Assembly: GCF_006345805.1 (NCBI RefSeq)
Contig: NC_043025.1
Span: forward strand, 2,852,001 to 2,916,000
Direction: 5' to 3'
DNA length: 64,000 bases
Source of the DNA: Octopus sinensis
Taxonomy: Eukaryota
The position numbers and the translations under genes were made by a program. A model generated the notes under the pieces. The model saw nothing but the letters and a program-made list of their open reading frames with translations, did no database searches and was not told where the DNA came from. Below, piece after piece: positions 1-11,519 of the stretch (positions are counted from its first letter, which is position 1; each line of letters begins with the position of its first letter).

Positions 1-429
1 AATGATGTATTCCGACTAAAGATAAGATGGTGGATAGAATAGTCTTTTTATTGACCAGCACAAATATCACATTCAATGAAATTAACAGTTTCGCCTATTA
101 CTAAATGGAGTTGATTGTCTGAATTTCATGAAATACAAGTTATTCTTATTCTCTTACTACCGTCTACTTCATGTTCATGTCTCAGCATATTTACGTGTGA
201 ATATAAAAGTCCGTATATACTTACATACGTACAAATTATGTACATATCGATTATATTAGATAGCCCATGTTCAATTTCTACCAACTTAGATCTAATGATG
301 AGGCCGTGAATTTGAGTTTGGTTTGATGAGCCTACTCTGACCAACTGGTTCAACCTGGCTTGGCAGAGGGGTACAATTTTTTATACTCTTACCCAGGAGT
401 ATTTAAAGTGATTAAGTCAACACACACGG

Positions 430-575
430 GCACACACAACCATTACTTATTTTATTGATCCTGAAAGGACGAAAGGCAGAGTCAGCCTCGGTGGAATTTG
501 AACTCAAAACGTAAGACGTACGAAATACCGTTAAACATTTTGTCCGGCGTGCCAACGACTCTTCTAGCTCACCGC
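430..575 (-). mobile_element. tRNA-derived SINE (octopus-type)
   Basis: Reverse complement matches the copy at 59296-59525 (ggtgagctggcagaa..ttacgttctgagttcaaattcc.ccgaggtcgacttt.cctt). Confidence 0.8.
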
Positions 576-630
576 AGAATATATAGTGAGTCAAATAATA
601 AATACATACGCACATAAATACTTATCTGTA

Positions 631-726
<96 letters not shown>

Positions 727-737
727 TGTGTGTTGTG

Positions 738-943
738 TGTTTGTCCCCCTAGCATTGCTTGACAACCGATGCTGGTGTGTTTATGTCCCCGTCACTTAGC
801 GGTTCGGCAAAAGAGACCGATAGAATAAGTACTGGGCTTACAAAAGAATAAGTCCCGGGTTCGAGTTGCTCGATTAAAGGTGGTGCCCCAGCATGGCCGC
901 AGTCAAATGACTGAAACAAGTAAAAGGGTAAAGAGTAAAAGAG
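738..943 (+). mobile_element. SINE 3' half with (aaagagt)n-like tail
   Basis: cttgacaaccgatgctggtgtgtttatgtcccc..gatagaataagtact..ccagcatggccgcagtc..tgactgaaacaagtaaaag; related decayed copies at 22880-23000 and 23180-23295. Confidence 0.75.
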
Positions 944-991
944 TATATTTTATATATATATATACATATATATATACATATACATATATAT

Positions 992-1045
<54 letters not shown>

Positions 1046-1308
1046 GTATGTATGCATGTATTTAACATGTATTTATATATTTATGTTTGAGTGGATCAGG
1101 CGAAACTTCAAATAGCTGTTGTTTTAACGAAATCAATATTTACTAAAGATATTGAACCCATTATTTGTTTGCTGCTTTCCCTTTCTTCTGTAAGTGTGTG
1201 TGTGTGTGTGTGTGTATGTGGGCGTGTGTGTGTGCGTGTGCGCGTGCTTATATGTGCAGAAAGAAAGAGAAAGAAAGGAAAAGAGAGAGAGAGCAAATAT
1301 CTACTCAC

Positions 1309-1391
1309 AGCTTTTGATAAGTTCTCAGCAGAGATTTTATATTCGCTGAACTTTTTAAAAGTCAAATGGAATACGAAGAAATTGGTCCAGT
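1309..1391 (-). CDS. Exon following LU domain (start of an unidentified extracellular domain)
   Basis: cttctttatccttccatag acceptor, gtgagt donor; phase 1 to 0 matches the previous exon; (D)WTNFFVFHLTFKKFSEYKISAENLSKA with no stop. Confidence 0.8.
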
Positions 1392-1574
1392 CTATGGAAG
1401 GATAAAGAAGATAATCATTGCCTTTATAAATTAGGCACACATCAAAGATTCGCACAAACCCATATACGTAGATAAATATACAATCTGCATAATCACACAT
1501 ACACTCAAAAATACATACATATACACATACATACATATACATACATATATGTTTGTGGGGGGGTGTATAATTAA

Positions 1575-2175
1575 CGAGAGAAACTGAAATTGGAGTTCCT
1601 CAAAAGTATTTTTATCGGCTGATAAATTGGAGACGCGCCTACCGAATGTTGTTAACTAGTTGTTCAGTGGCTGCTGGTAGATGGTTGGAGCCATGTCGAT
1701 ATACGAAGCTTCCTCATTTGGTTTGTGGTAGGGTTTAAATTTGGTTGTACTAAGGTTCATGTTATAACTAGGATGTTGACTTCTTTAAGGTTGGTACTAA
1801 CTGTGGTTCTTAAAATTGGCGTAATGTTTTGCATAAGGTTTTCCTTATGCTATCCATAATGTGTCCGTTTTTATTGTCTACCACTTCCAGGCCATCGTCC
1901 CTATATAAACCTATGTTGGCTACTTTTATTTCTTTTCCAACGATATTTAGGTTATAGAGGCCTAAAAGCTCAGCCATTATAGCTCCATATTGCCATTTCA
2001 AATAGATCGTCTTTATTCTTTTTTTACCCAATAGGAATTATCATGAAAAAGTAAGAACTTCCTTACGTTCATAATTATATCTACATCAGTGTTTGTTATG
2101 ATAACATATGCCTTACTATATTCAAGTGTCTTTTAACGAAAGCTTTAGGAGATCGAAGGGAAAAACTCTACGAGT
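1575..2175 (-). mobile_element. Penelope-like element RT fragment
   Basis: GAIMAELLGLY..IGLYRDDGL (YRDD catalytic motif) and thumb motif NLSTTKFKPYHKPN. Confidence 0.8.
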
Positions 2176-2451
2176 GGTAAAACTCATTTGACATCGGCTT
2201 CAGCCACCCTCCAGTAGTCATTAAACAACTAGTTAACAACATTATCAGGTGCATCTCCAATTTATTCTCCGATAAAGATACTTTTGAAAGACCACAAGTT
2301 TAGTTTCCAATACTGAAACACCCCCCCCCCACTATAATACTGCATTAGAAAGGTCCAAATTCAAGAATAACATAAACTACATTGAACCAAATATACATAG
2401 ACCATGAAGGCGCAGACAGAGGAATCTCTTAGGATCTAATCCCCCTTATAG

Positions 2452-2515
2452 CAGAGTTATGAAATTCTTCATACAGAGTTATGAAATTCTTCATACAGAG
2501 TTATGAAATTCTTCA
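2452..2515. repeat. 22-bp tandem triplication
   Basis: cagagttatgaaattcttcata x about 3 inside the Penelope element. Confidence 0.9.
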
Positions 2516-3384
2516 AATTAATAGACAATCCATTCTTGTAGTCACACAACTACCACAAGACCTTCAAAAGAAAGATTGTTAAAGTCAGCTATAGTTGCTT
2601 CTCTAATATAGAGTCAATAATACTCCACCACAATAAAAATACACACGCCAGAAATATTCCCGAAAGACAATGTAATGGTAGATCTCCAGATCGTTGTCCT
2701 TTAAGAAACAACTGTCAGTAAAAAATATATATATACAAGACCAAAATCATGGATCCCAATGAAATAACAAAGACGTATATCGGAATGACGGGCAATTCGT
2801 TTAAGGAAAGATACACTCAACACTTGGCCTCATTTAGGGACAAAAATAAAAGACATGCAACATTCTTATCCAATTTGATATGGACATTGTAAGAAAGAAG
2901 AATAAGTAGTCCCCAGATAAGATAGAACATCATTGCTAAAGTCAGAAGATATAGAAAACACTAAAATACTAAATATCATACAATCAATAGACTACACCCT
3001 AAATATTGGGGACAAAACCTTTTCTCTCTACATACACAAGCAATATCTCACACTTAGACACTTCAAATAGGAACCACCACTCCAACAAGGATAGTTTCTT
3101 TTCCTGGACATGAAAATTGACTAAAAACCACACAAGAACCCCGCAGCTAGAAGAAACATGTCCATATGACGAACTACCTCAGCACACAAACATACTAACA
3201 TCACATTTACCTAGAATACTATATAATGTAAACAAATTTAACCTATAGCATGACTGTTTTCCTCCAAAGTGAAATAACCACTCAAATGTGCCATCCAAGA
3301 GTAGCAACCCTTGATTTATTATTTTCTTTACGAGATTTTCTTCGAATTCACGAGAGTTTGTGTTGAGCACTATTTCTCCATGTT

Positions 3385-3450
3385 ATCAACTTGAAAAATT
3401 GTTAAAATAATAAGATATTGTCCTTAACATGAAACTAATGGTAGTTTTAA
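3385..3450 (+). ncRNA. Hammerhead ribozyme motif (PLE-type, U3-A8 core)
   Basis: aac TTGAAAA [tgttaa..ttaaca stem II] GAAAC taatg GTA gtt; lies at the 3' end of a Penelope element; stem I short. Confidence 0.55.
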
Positions 3451-3709
3451 TACGCAAATAAAGAATTCTAACCCCCAATGAGGTGTTGAGCACTCATTCT
3501 CGTCGTTCGCAATATATATATATATCTACATACATACACACACATATGTATGTATGCACGGTAGCATGTGTATACACATATATACACACATGCAAACACA
3601 TATACATACAACAAAATATCTTCCCATATAACTATCATACTATGTTCTTATTAACTATTAATCTGTAACAAATCAGGTTTAGTTATCTTAGGCAATAAAT
3701 AAGACTTAC

Positions 3710-3893
3710 CAAGGAAATCATTCTTGTTACATAAGTTTCCGACGCAACAACCAACACAAGAAGTGCCATTGGTCCATTTATTGCAAGTAAGGGTATTGTT
3801 TCTCATAGCTTCAACACATTTTCTGTATGTGCTGCAGGACTTTTCAATCTTCATTGTAACACCGTTCATTGACATTTCAAATCGGCATACTGG
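3710..3893 (-). CDS. Exon (C-terminal half of Ly6/uPAR domain)
   Basis: tattattacag acceptor, gtaagt donor; phase 0 to 1; PVCRFEMSMNGVTMKIEKSCSTYRKCVEAMRNNTLTCNKWTNGTSCVGCCVGNLCNKNDFL ends in the diagnostic CCxxxxCN. Confidence 0.9.
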
Positions 3894-4559
3894 CTGTAAT
3901 AATAGATATAAAAATGATGTACTACAACCATAACATTTACTACTATGACTACTGCAACAACAACTCTAGAAATGTTTATCATGCAACAAGGTTTAATCAT
4001 TGCTTTAAAAATAGCATAAAGCAAGAAATGAAACCGAAAACAACTTGTCAAAGAATTGAAAATTAACAACTTAAGTAATTCTCTGTAAAGTTTATGGTTA
4101 TTTACAACTTATAATAAATAATGTTTTGAATACTTACAGTATTCAAAGTTCTCTGATCACATGTAGATATGACCATCGAATCACGGTTCAAATCAAAACC
4201 ACTTCACTCTGCCACCCACCATAAAACATAAGATAGGTCAAATAATCCCAATAATTATGTATCATTCCGCCAAAGTTTCCTCTGCATCGGGAATGCACAC
4301 GGGGATTTTTTTGATGCAAAATTTACGAAACATTATGCGTACAAAACTCACCAGCAAATCATACACCCGTACCCAAAGCTGATAATTAAATAAATTTATC
4401 AGATGTGAAGCTTTGATCTGTGTCATTACCAATGTACTGGTGTACAACTACGTGGTCAGACATACGCCTGGCAATTTCAACTCGTGTTTTAGCTGCGTTT
4501 TAAACGTATTGCTTGTGTCTTTTCCACTTGAAATAATACAAAATTATGTTCTGAAGAGT

Positions 4560-5140
4560 TTGTTGTACTACTTGATGTGAGCGAAGATTTAATACGCTTT
4601 CAATTTTTCATTAGTAGAGATATATAATATTTCTCTGTTGTTGTACCTTTCAACCTCGTCTATCAGACAGCCTCTTTTGCTATAGCGACCAGACAAATGA
4701 TAACTCTCATTTGCTGCCTTAACTAATTCATTGATCCGCTCTTTGTAATCTTTGCGAACTGGCCACGTCCGACTTCTAACTACCCCCACAAAGTCTAGCG
4801 ACTCCAGATAATTCTACAAGGAACCTTGGTCTCAAGTTGCCTCCTGGTCACGTACATTCATACATCCCACTCTAAGTACAGCTATGTTTATCATAAGTTC
4901 TTGTGTTCGATTCTTGGGCAGGGTTCAATGTTGTTTCCTTGCACTTTGTTTTAGTCTACTCAAGTGAAAATGGATCCCAGCTTAGTGTTTGTCATTTATT
5001 TCTCCCTTCAATCGTCAGATATTTGTTGTCCCATTGAGTCATGGATAAAAGGATCAATAGGGTGTTCATGTCTTCACAGGCACCTACAACAATTAGCGAG
5101 TGACAGTTACGGATATATTTTAACGGAAAGGAAGAAAATA
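4560..5140 (-). mobile_element. Highly decayed APE-type LINE fragment
   Basis: LRVGCMNVR resembles the APE endonuclease N-terminal motif; otherwise riddled with stops. Confidence 0.3.
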
Positions 5141-5154
5141 AGATCCTAGTTTAC

Positions 5155-5246
5155 CTCTGCTCCTGGACAACTGGTTACAGCCGAAATATTGCACGTCATC
5201 TTTGAACATGTTTGACACTGCAAATTCCTTTGAAATAACGAGTAAT
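5155..5246 (-). CDS. Exon (N-terminal half of Ly6/uPAR three-finger domain)
   Basis: atattctgtag acceptor, gtaaac donor; phase 1 to 0; (D)YSLFQRNLQCQTCSKMTCNISAVTSCPGAE has the LxCxxC start of an LU domain. Confidence 0.88.
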
Positions 5247-5930
5247 CTACAGAATATAAGTAAATATCCATATTTTACGAACCAAATAGTGCAATCCATA
5301 GCAACAACTAGAAATATTTGCTTTCTGATGTAAAGAAATGTTTATGTATTAGTGTTAGAATCAATACCTATTTTTATGTTCATTTGGAAATGTTTAAATT
5401 ATGTCACAAATTCAACTGAGAAAAGCATGGAAGCTACCTGTTGCCCTTTTCTTTTAGCATTCTGGTCTCACAAAAACGTGAAAACTGTGGAACAAGTCAA
5501 ATAAAGGGATGAAATTCGAAAGTGGTAAGTGATGTTGCAGTGGGAACTCCCTTATAAAACCCGGGGATGTCATTTAAATTATGTTACAATGTTATATAGT
5601 ATGTGAAAAATGCTATAATATGTGAACTGAGCAACACAATATTTGAATAAATAGGAAACTTTATCACTGATATGGTGGTCTTCCAAATATATGCAGGTTA
5701 TGTATATATGAATGTATGTATGTTATGTATGTATGTATGTACGTACGTATGTATGTTATGTATGTATGTATGTATGTACGTACGTACGTATGTATGTATG
5801 TATGTATGTATGTATGTGTGTGTGTGTGCATGTATGTATGTATGCATGCATGCATGTATGTGTGTGTGTGTGGAAATATATATATATATATATCTGTAAA
5901 TGTAATATGTGACAATTATTCGGTAGCCAT

Positions 5931-5991
5931 GATAAAACTCTGAGTTTCGGATGTCGGGGTGGAAATTCACGCCGCCATCTCTTCAGTTATC
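5931..5991 (-). ncRNA. Hammerhead ribozyme motif (type I) in a short inverted-repeat element
   Basis: gataa CTGAAGA gatggcggcgtgaatttccaccccgacatcc GAAAC tcaga GTT ttatc: stem I gataa/ttatc, long imperfect stem II; partial inverted copy at 6028-6060. Confidence 0.7.
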
Positions 5992-6167
5992 CGGCCATCG
6001 GAAGAAAATGCCCATTTTTTCATTTTTTCTCGGAGTTTTTTATAATGGCCACCGAATATATTAAAATTACAGAAAAATTCCTCCATTTACATAATATAGA
6101 GGTCTCTTTCATTCTTTTGTTGTTTTACCATTTCTCTATATATATACTCATATACATACACGCATAC

Positions 6168-6200
<33 letters not shown>

Positions 6201-6228
6201 CATATATATATACCTACAGACACACATA

Positions 6229-6279
<51 letters not shown>

Positions 6280-6310
6280 ATATATATACATACATACACA
6301 CAAACACACG

Positions 6311-6346
<36 letters not shown>

Positions 6347-6402
6347 CAGATATATATACACATACATATATATATACATACACATATATATACACACATA
6401 TG

Positions 6403-7547
6403 CGGGGTCATCGAAAAAGGTTTCCGTGCTTTTCAAAATGAAATAACTAAGTCTGTATTAAAGGAATTTTTCTGCGTAGACTATTTTCTTAAGATAATCC
6501 CCCGCCCCCCAAAAAATCCATAGGAGTTAGATCAGGGCTTCTAAGTGGCCACAAAATAGGACCATTACTTCCAATCCAGCGGCCAGGAATCTGTTGTTGA
6601 GTGCTTGTCGCACATTATGGCTGTAGTGAGCCGGTTCTCCGTCCTGCTGGAAAATTACACTTATTCTCTTTTCTCTTTCAATGTCTGCAACTTGAGCAAT
6701 TTGAGGGAACAGATAAATTTCTAGCATGTCAAGTACCTAGCGCCTGTAATCGTGTTTTCTACGAATATAAAAGGGCCAAGAGCACGATCCTGCAGGAGTC
6801 CACACCATATATGAAACTTGGGCGAATCACGGACGTACAGGAAAACTTCATGGGGTTGTTGAGCTCCCCACATCTGACTGTTATATCGCTTAACACAACC
6901 ATTTATGTGGAATGTTGCTTCATCACTAAACAAAAATTCTGTTAAGATAACTATCATCGTCATCAATTTCTCTCACCATCGTTACAGCAAATTTAGCGCT
7001 TTCAGGCCAATCAGTCTCCTTAATTTTACGTCTCTTTAGAATTCTGTAAGCATTCAGTCTTAGGCGTTTTGAATTGTTGTTTTAGACATACGAAGTTCCA
7101 AACTGCGTCTATTGGTGGACTTCTTAAGACTAGGCAAACATGACAGTCTCAAACGCTCCACATTCTTTTCCAACGTGCGTGGCTGGCCTGGAGATTTCTT
7201 AATATTTACATTTCCAGTTTCTTTAACCTGGTTAAACCAGCGAACAGTGGTTTTGTCTGTAGGGGAATCTTGTCTGTAAGTACGCTGAAAAGGACGTTGC
7301 ACTAAAACAACTGACTTAAACTCAGTGTACCACAACACATACTGCACTTTCTGCTGTAGAGTCGCCATGATTGCCGTGGAGAGACTGGCCAGACGCTCGC
7401 TAGTGAAATAGTGATTTGAAGGACAACGCAGTGGCAAATATCAAAACACCCACAGTTGTTATACAGTCGAACGTTGATTTCATACGGATCGCTGGCTTAT
7501 AGCTTGAATAATGACAACTAAAATCACGGAAACCTTTATCGATGATC
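6403..7547 (-). mobile_element. Tc1/mariner transposon, DD41D (rosa-type), frameshifted
   Basis: Imperfect TIRs tcatcga(a/t)aaaggtttccgtg at both ends in (TA)n; HTH region MATLQQKVQYVLWY..SPGQPRT; FSDEATFH; FQQDGEPAH; [13 protein letters not shown]; 41 residues between the 2nd and 3rd D after repairing one frameshift. Confidence 0.88.
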
Positions 7548-7814
7548 GTATATATATATATATATATATATATGTAAAAACATACTCTATCTTTTATTCC
7601 TCCTCTCATGTTCCTTCCCTTTTCTCGCTCCCCTCTCTCACATTGCTTGTCCCTATCTTGTCCCCTACCTATCTCCCCTCATTCCATGTGACTGGTGTCC
7701 GGCCAGCCATGATCTTTCTTTCTTGGCCTGACTGCCGACCTCTTGTGTCCATCTCGAATGTCCCTGCTTTAGGCTTTCACTTCATACACGCCAGCTCAAT
7801 TTGATTAGTTTTCA

Positions 7815-8155
7815 GTCGAAAGACACCCGTTGTTATTTCTTGTTGTTTGTATTCGCAATTCTATACCATGTTCTCCGTTTTCTTGTTTTTTGTCTTTGTT
7901 GTCGTACACATTCGCTATCTTTCTTACAATAGGGTTTAATGCTTTTAGATGAGACTTTTTTGGGGCAACCAAATCGAACAATCTCAAGTGCAACTGCCCA
8001 AAATGGTCGTGACTTCTGGAACTTGACTGAGGAAAGAAACCCACAAATGGCCCGTCTTTTTCTGCCTGTCCTCCTAATTGTTGTTTCTCTTGTCCGCCTT
8101 TGTGTCGTCTATCTGTCTGAATGTTTTAATGTCCTCTATTGCGTTTTTGTTCCGT
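7815..8155 (+). repeat. Dispersed repeat, inverted relative to the copy at 41915-42235
   Basis: Shared caatctcaag..cttgactga(g/a)ga..ccgt motifs and flanking (TA)n. Confidence 0.55.
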
Positions 8156-8166
8156 ATATATATTTA

Positions 8167-8207
<41 letters not shown>

Positions 8208-8307
8208 TGTCAATAATAAAAGGGTAAAATTAATTAATTGTTAATTAATTTTACCAAGTAGTGTTCAGAATGTAAAAATACCATTTACGGTATATTTAAA
8301 ACATTAC

Positions 8308-8374
8308 GTTATATAATTAGGGTTCAGTAAAATAATTTACGGTGTGTGGTCAAGTAAATTATTTTACTGAACCC

Positions 8375-8385
<11 letters not shown>
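8308..8385. repeat. Hairpin with about 30-bp stem
   Basis: tatataattagggttcagtaaaataattta / taaattattttactgaaccctaattatata; a second hairpin at 8222-8256. Confidence 0.9.
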
Positions 8386-8442
<57 letters not shown>

Positions 8443-8469
8443 TGTATATGTATATATATATGTATGTAT

Positions 8470-8545
<76 letters not shown>

Positions 8546-8739
8546 TAAGCATATATATATATTTATATATATGTATATATATATATAAGCATATATACAA
8601 ACACGCACACATATATATATACCTACATATATACATACACATATATATATATATGTGCATGTCTCTGTCTCTGTCTGTCTGTCTCTCTCTCTCTCTATAT
8701 ATATATATATAGATATAGATATTTATATATATCTTCTAC

Positions 8740-9045
8740 ATTGAAGACTTTTACCAACCTCATATATGCACTCCAAACTTTTCGATCTGCATCGGTTAAA
8801 CTATCTGTATAGTGGACAATTGGATCAACGACATCTTAGAGCATCATAGAGCATCGAGTGATCCAACTTAGCAACGAGTCGACACTCACTCAATATTTCC
8901 GCTTCACCGACCACTCTGCGTAACGCCTCTCAGTTTTCGATTTAAACCTTCAGCACCGGATTTCCCATCTCTCATTTCTTTAGGGAAGAAGAGTATATCT
9001 TTCTGAAAACTTGTGCGCCTTTTGATTTAAATTCCTCCCCCCTCC
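8740..9045 (+). mobile_element. Penelope-like GIY-YIG remnant
   Basis: FTNLIYAL..; TLTQYFRFTDHS; LREEEYIFLKTCAPFDLN resemble PLE endonuclease motifs (NLIY..HF..E..I.L.T..P.GLN). Confidence 0.45.
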
Positions 9046-9499
9046 CCTTACATTTTTAATCTACATTTCAACTCCCCACCATCTACTGTAGCAATATATG
9101 CTTTACTTCTGTACTTCGTTTTCTTTTTGTTTTTCCCGCTGCACCACACCCACCGACCCACATCCACACATTATTTGTCCCTGCTCCCATATTTATACTT
9201 TATACACACTTCACATGCTAGCTCACAGTTACTACATACATATCTCACTTCGCCAGCACAGTTAGTCTCTTCACACTTTATTACACCTCCCCACGTCTTT
9301 CTCATTGGATATTCTATCTTTGACACATACACACTGGTACATGCACTCATATACATTCAGCGTGAGCAGCTGAGACTGTGGGTGTTATCTAGCCATGTTG
9401 GTCTTGGTATACCCCTACATATCCTACCAGTTGTAGTGGTAGAGGCCTCAGGTACCTCCAGCATATGTCCTATCAGAAGCTACTGTCAATACACTTTCT

Positions 9500-9790
9500 G
9501 GCTGGACTCTCAAGTGTGATCAACTGAAACTGTTATCTAGCCATCTGTTCTTGGTCAACCCCTAGATTTCCTGTCAGTTTGCATGGGTTGAAGAATTGGT
9601 CTTGCGATTTTCTCGTGTGACATTCTAATCGCATGCCCGTATAACCTGAGAGGTAGTGCCTCAATGTAGAAAACGAACGACTCGATCTGGAGAGACTCTG
9701 TCATCTCCAAGGTACGCACTGGTTCGAGTAAAGTTACTCCAGAGATTCTTCGGAGAAAACCCATTTCAGCCGCTTCTATTTGCGATCAAA
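9500..9790 (-). mobile_element. RTE-clade LINE 3' fragment
   Basis: AEMGFLRRISGVTLL..LRLYGHAIRM..RKSRG*PRT.W is the typical RTE ORF C-terminus. Confidence 0.7.
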
Positions 9791-9837
9791 CCCTTTCGGT
9801 CGTTAGCCAACATTTATGAAAACCAAACTAAGGATAG

Positions 9838-10158
9838 CACGTTCCGCCGAGGTCGACTTTGCCTGTCATCCTTTCGGGGTCGATTAAATAAATACCAGTT
9901 ACGCACTGGGGTCGACATAATCGATTTAATCCGTTTGTCTGTCCTTGTTTTTCCTCTCTGTGTTTAGCCCCTTGTGGGTAGTAAAGAAATAGGTATTTCG
10001 TCTGTCTTTACGTTCTGAGTTCAACTTCAAGTCAACTTTGCCTTTCATACTTTCGGGGTCGATAAATTAAGTACCAGTTGCGAACTGGGGTCAATCTAAT
10101 CGACTGACCTCCCCTCCCCAAAATTTCGGGCCCTGTGCGTAGAGTAGAAAAGAATAAA
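9838..10158 (+). mobile_element. Two adjacent SINE fragments
   Basis: Two copies of gactttgcc..tcat.ctttcggggtcgat.aa.taa.taccagtt..actggggtc; same family as 59296-59525. Confidence 0.8.
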
Positions 10159-10725
10159 TCCACGCACTGGTTCTATTTCACTTTATTATCCGTCCCTTTG
10201 TTAAAAATGTGTTAAAAAATTAACAAAACGAATATTCGATGAATCGTTCGGCTAATCAATCAAACAGTTATGATTGTTAGAAACCTTTTGTTGCCATCCA
10301 TGACCTCCTCAATGACTATTTGAATGTTTCCGTTCTATACTTATATAGTTGTGAGTGAGAATGTACATGAGAGAGGAAGGGAGTTAGAAAGAGAGAGTGT
10401 CTGTGTGCATGTGTGTGTGTGTATGTGCGCACACATTCATGCATGTGTGCGCTGTCGTGTGTCTGTTTGTGTGTGTGTGTGTGTGTGTATGTGCGCCTGC
10501 GTGTGTTTGTGTGCCGATGACGGTTTGTGTGATATCGTTGAATCTGTAAGTGCATTAGAGAGAAAATGTGAATGAAAAGCGTGCGAATGGTAAAAGGTTT
10601 ATTTCTCATATCTTTGTCTATAGTTTCCCTTTCATAAGACATGATATTGTAAGCTCCAGAGAATAACCCGGATTTTTGTTCGTTTCAATAATAAAAGAAA
10701 AACAAGCAAGGAAAGTTTTCCTAAC

Positions 10726-10883
10726 CTTTACATTGTGCATAATTCAGTATACGGATTGTTGCGCCTGTAGCCTCCTGACACGAGCCAATGACATCCACAT
10801 TTCTGTTATATACTTTTTTAATATGACTTACGAAGGCTGGTAGGTGACATCCACACGTCATATTCTTATTGTTTTCGAGGTTA
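10726..10883 (-). CDS. Exon (LRR C-terminal cap) of same gene
   Basis: ttataattacag acceptor, gttagg donor; phase 2 to 1; NLENNKNMTCGCHLPAFVSHIKKVYNRNVDVIGSCQEATGATIRILNYAQCK has the LRRCT pattern N..CxC...C...C. Confidence 0.85.
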
Positions 10884-11519
10884 CTGTAATTATAAAGAGA
10901 ACTCTAACTGAATGCGCTTCAAACGAACAGAGAAATTCCTGTTAGATTTGACAAGAAGCAAAGATTAGAAAATTCGAACAGGTGTATAAAAGTTATGACA
11001 TTCATGGTTTTTTGCTCCCAAATTGTTAATAACATCAATAATTTGAAATGGTTTCTAGTGGAAAGTGAAAATATTTTACGCTTCTATTAATTTTTAGCTT
11101 ACATATTGAATAATAAAGTATCTTTAAGTGAGAAGATTTCTATCCACTTAAAAAGATTCCATTTTATTGTGTTTTAGGGACATTTTGGGGACGGAAATTT
11201 TGTAGTAGCGACTTTGTGCCGCTCTCTCTGAGAAAAACTCAATTAGACGGGAGGTTTTGGTGCTAAGAAGGTTGTGTTTATTCTGTGCGGCAAATATTTT
11301 TTAAGTCAGAGATTAACCAGTGCAGAAACTGAAAAATTACAGTGTTGTACTTCGTTAAGTTTCTGCGGCACAGACATGTATAGTAATGTGCTTATTTAAC
11401 AAGGGGGAATTTATATACATTTTTCGAAATATCAATTTAAATATTTTCAGTTTTTCAAACAACTACAGCAATAATGGTTTTAAATTTTGGCTCAAGGCCG
11501 GCAATTTAGGGTAGGGGGT

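Larger units (their letters stand above)
2180..3475 (+). mobile_element. Penelope-like element 3' part (thumb, GIY-YIG endonuclease, pLTR), inverted relative to 1575-2175
   Basis: HPPVVIKQLVNNIIRCISNL; NPPYS; VKVSYSC; YIGMTGNSFKERYTQH (YIG motif); many stops; hammerhead motif at the 3' end. Confidence 0.8.

Noticed and set aside
225-284. Candidate next exon (LVEIEHGLSNIIDMYIICTY, phase 0-0, gtaagt donor)
   Set aside because: Acceptor lacks a polypyrimidine tract and there is no recognisable motif; cannot be supported without RNA-seq.
4138-4210. Strong gtaagta donor suggesting an extra exon inside the LU domain
   Set aside because: In-frame stop upstream, no good acceptor, and the LU domain is complete without it.
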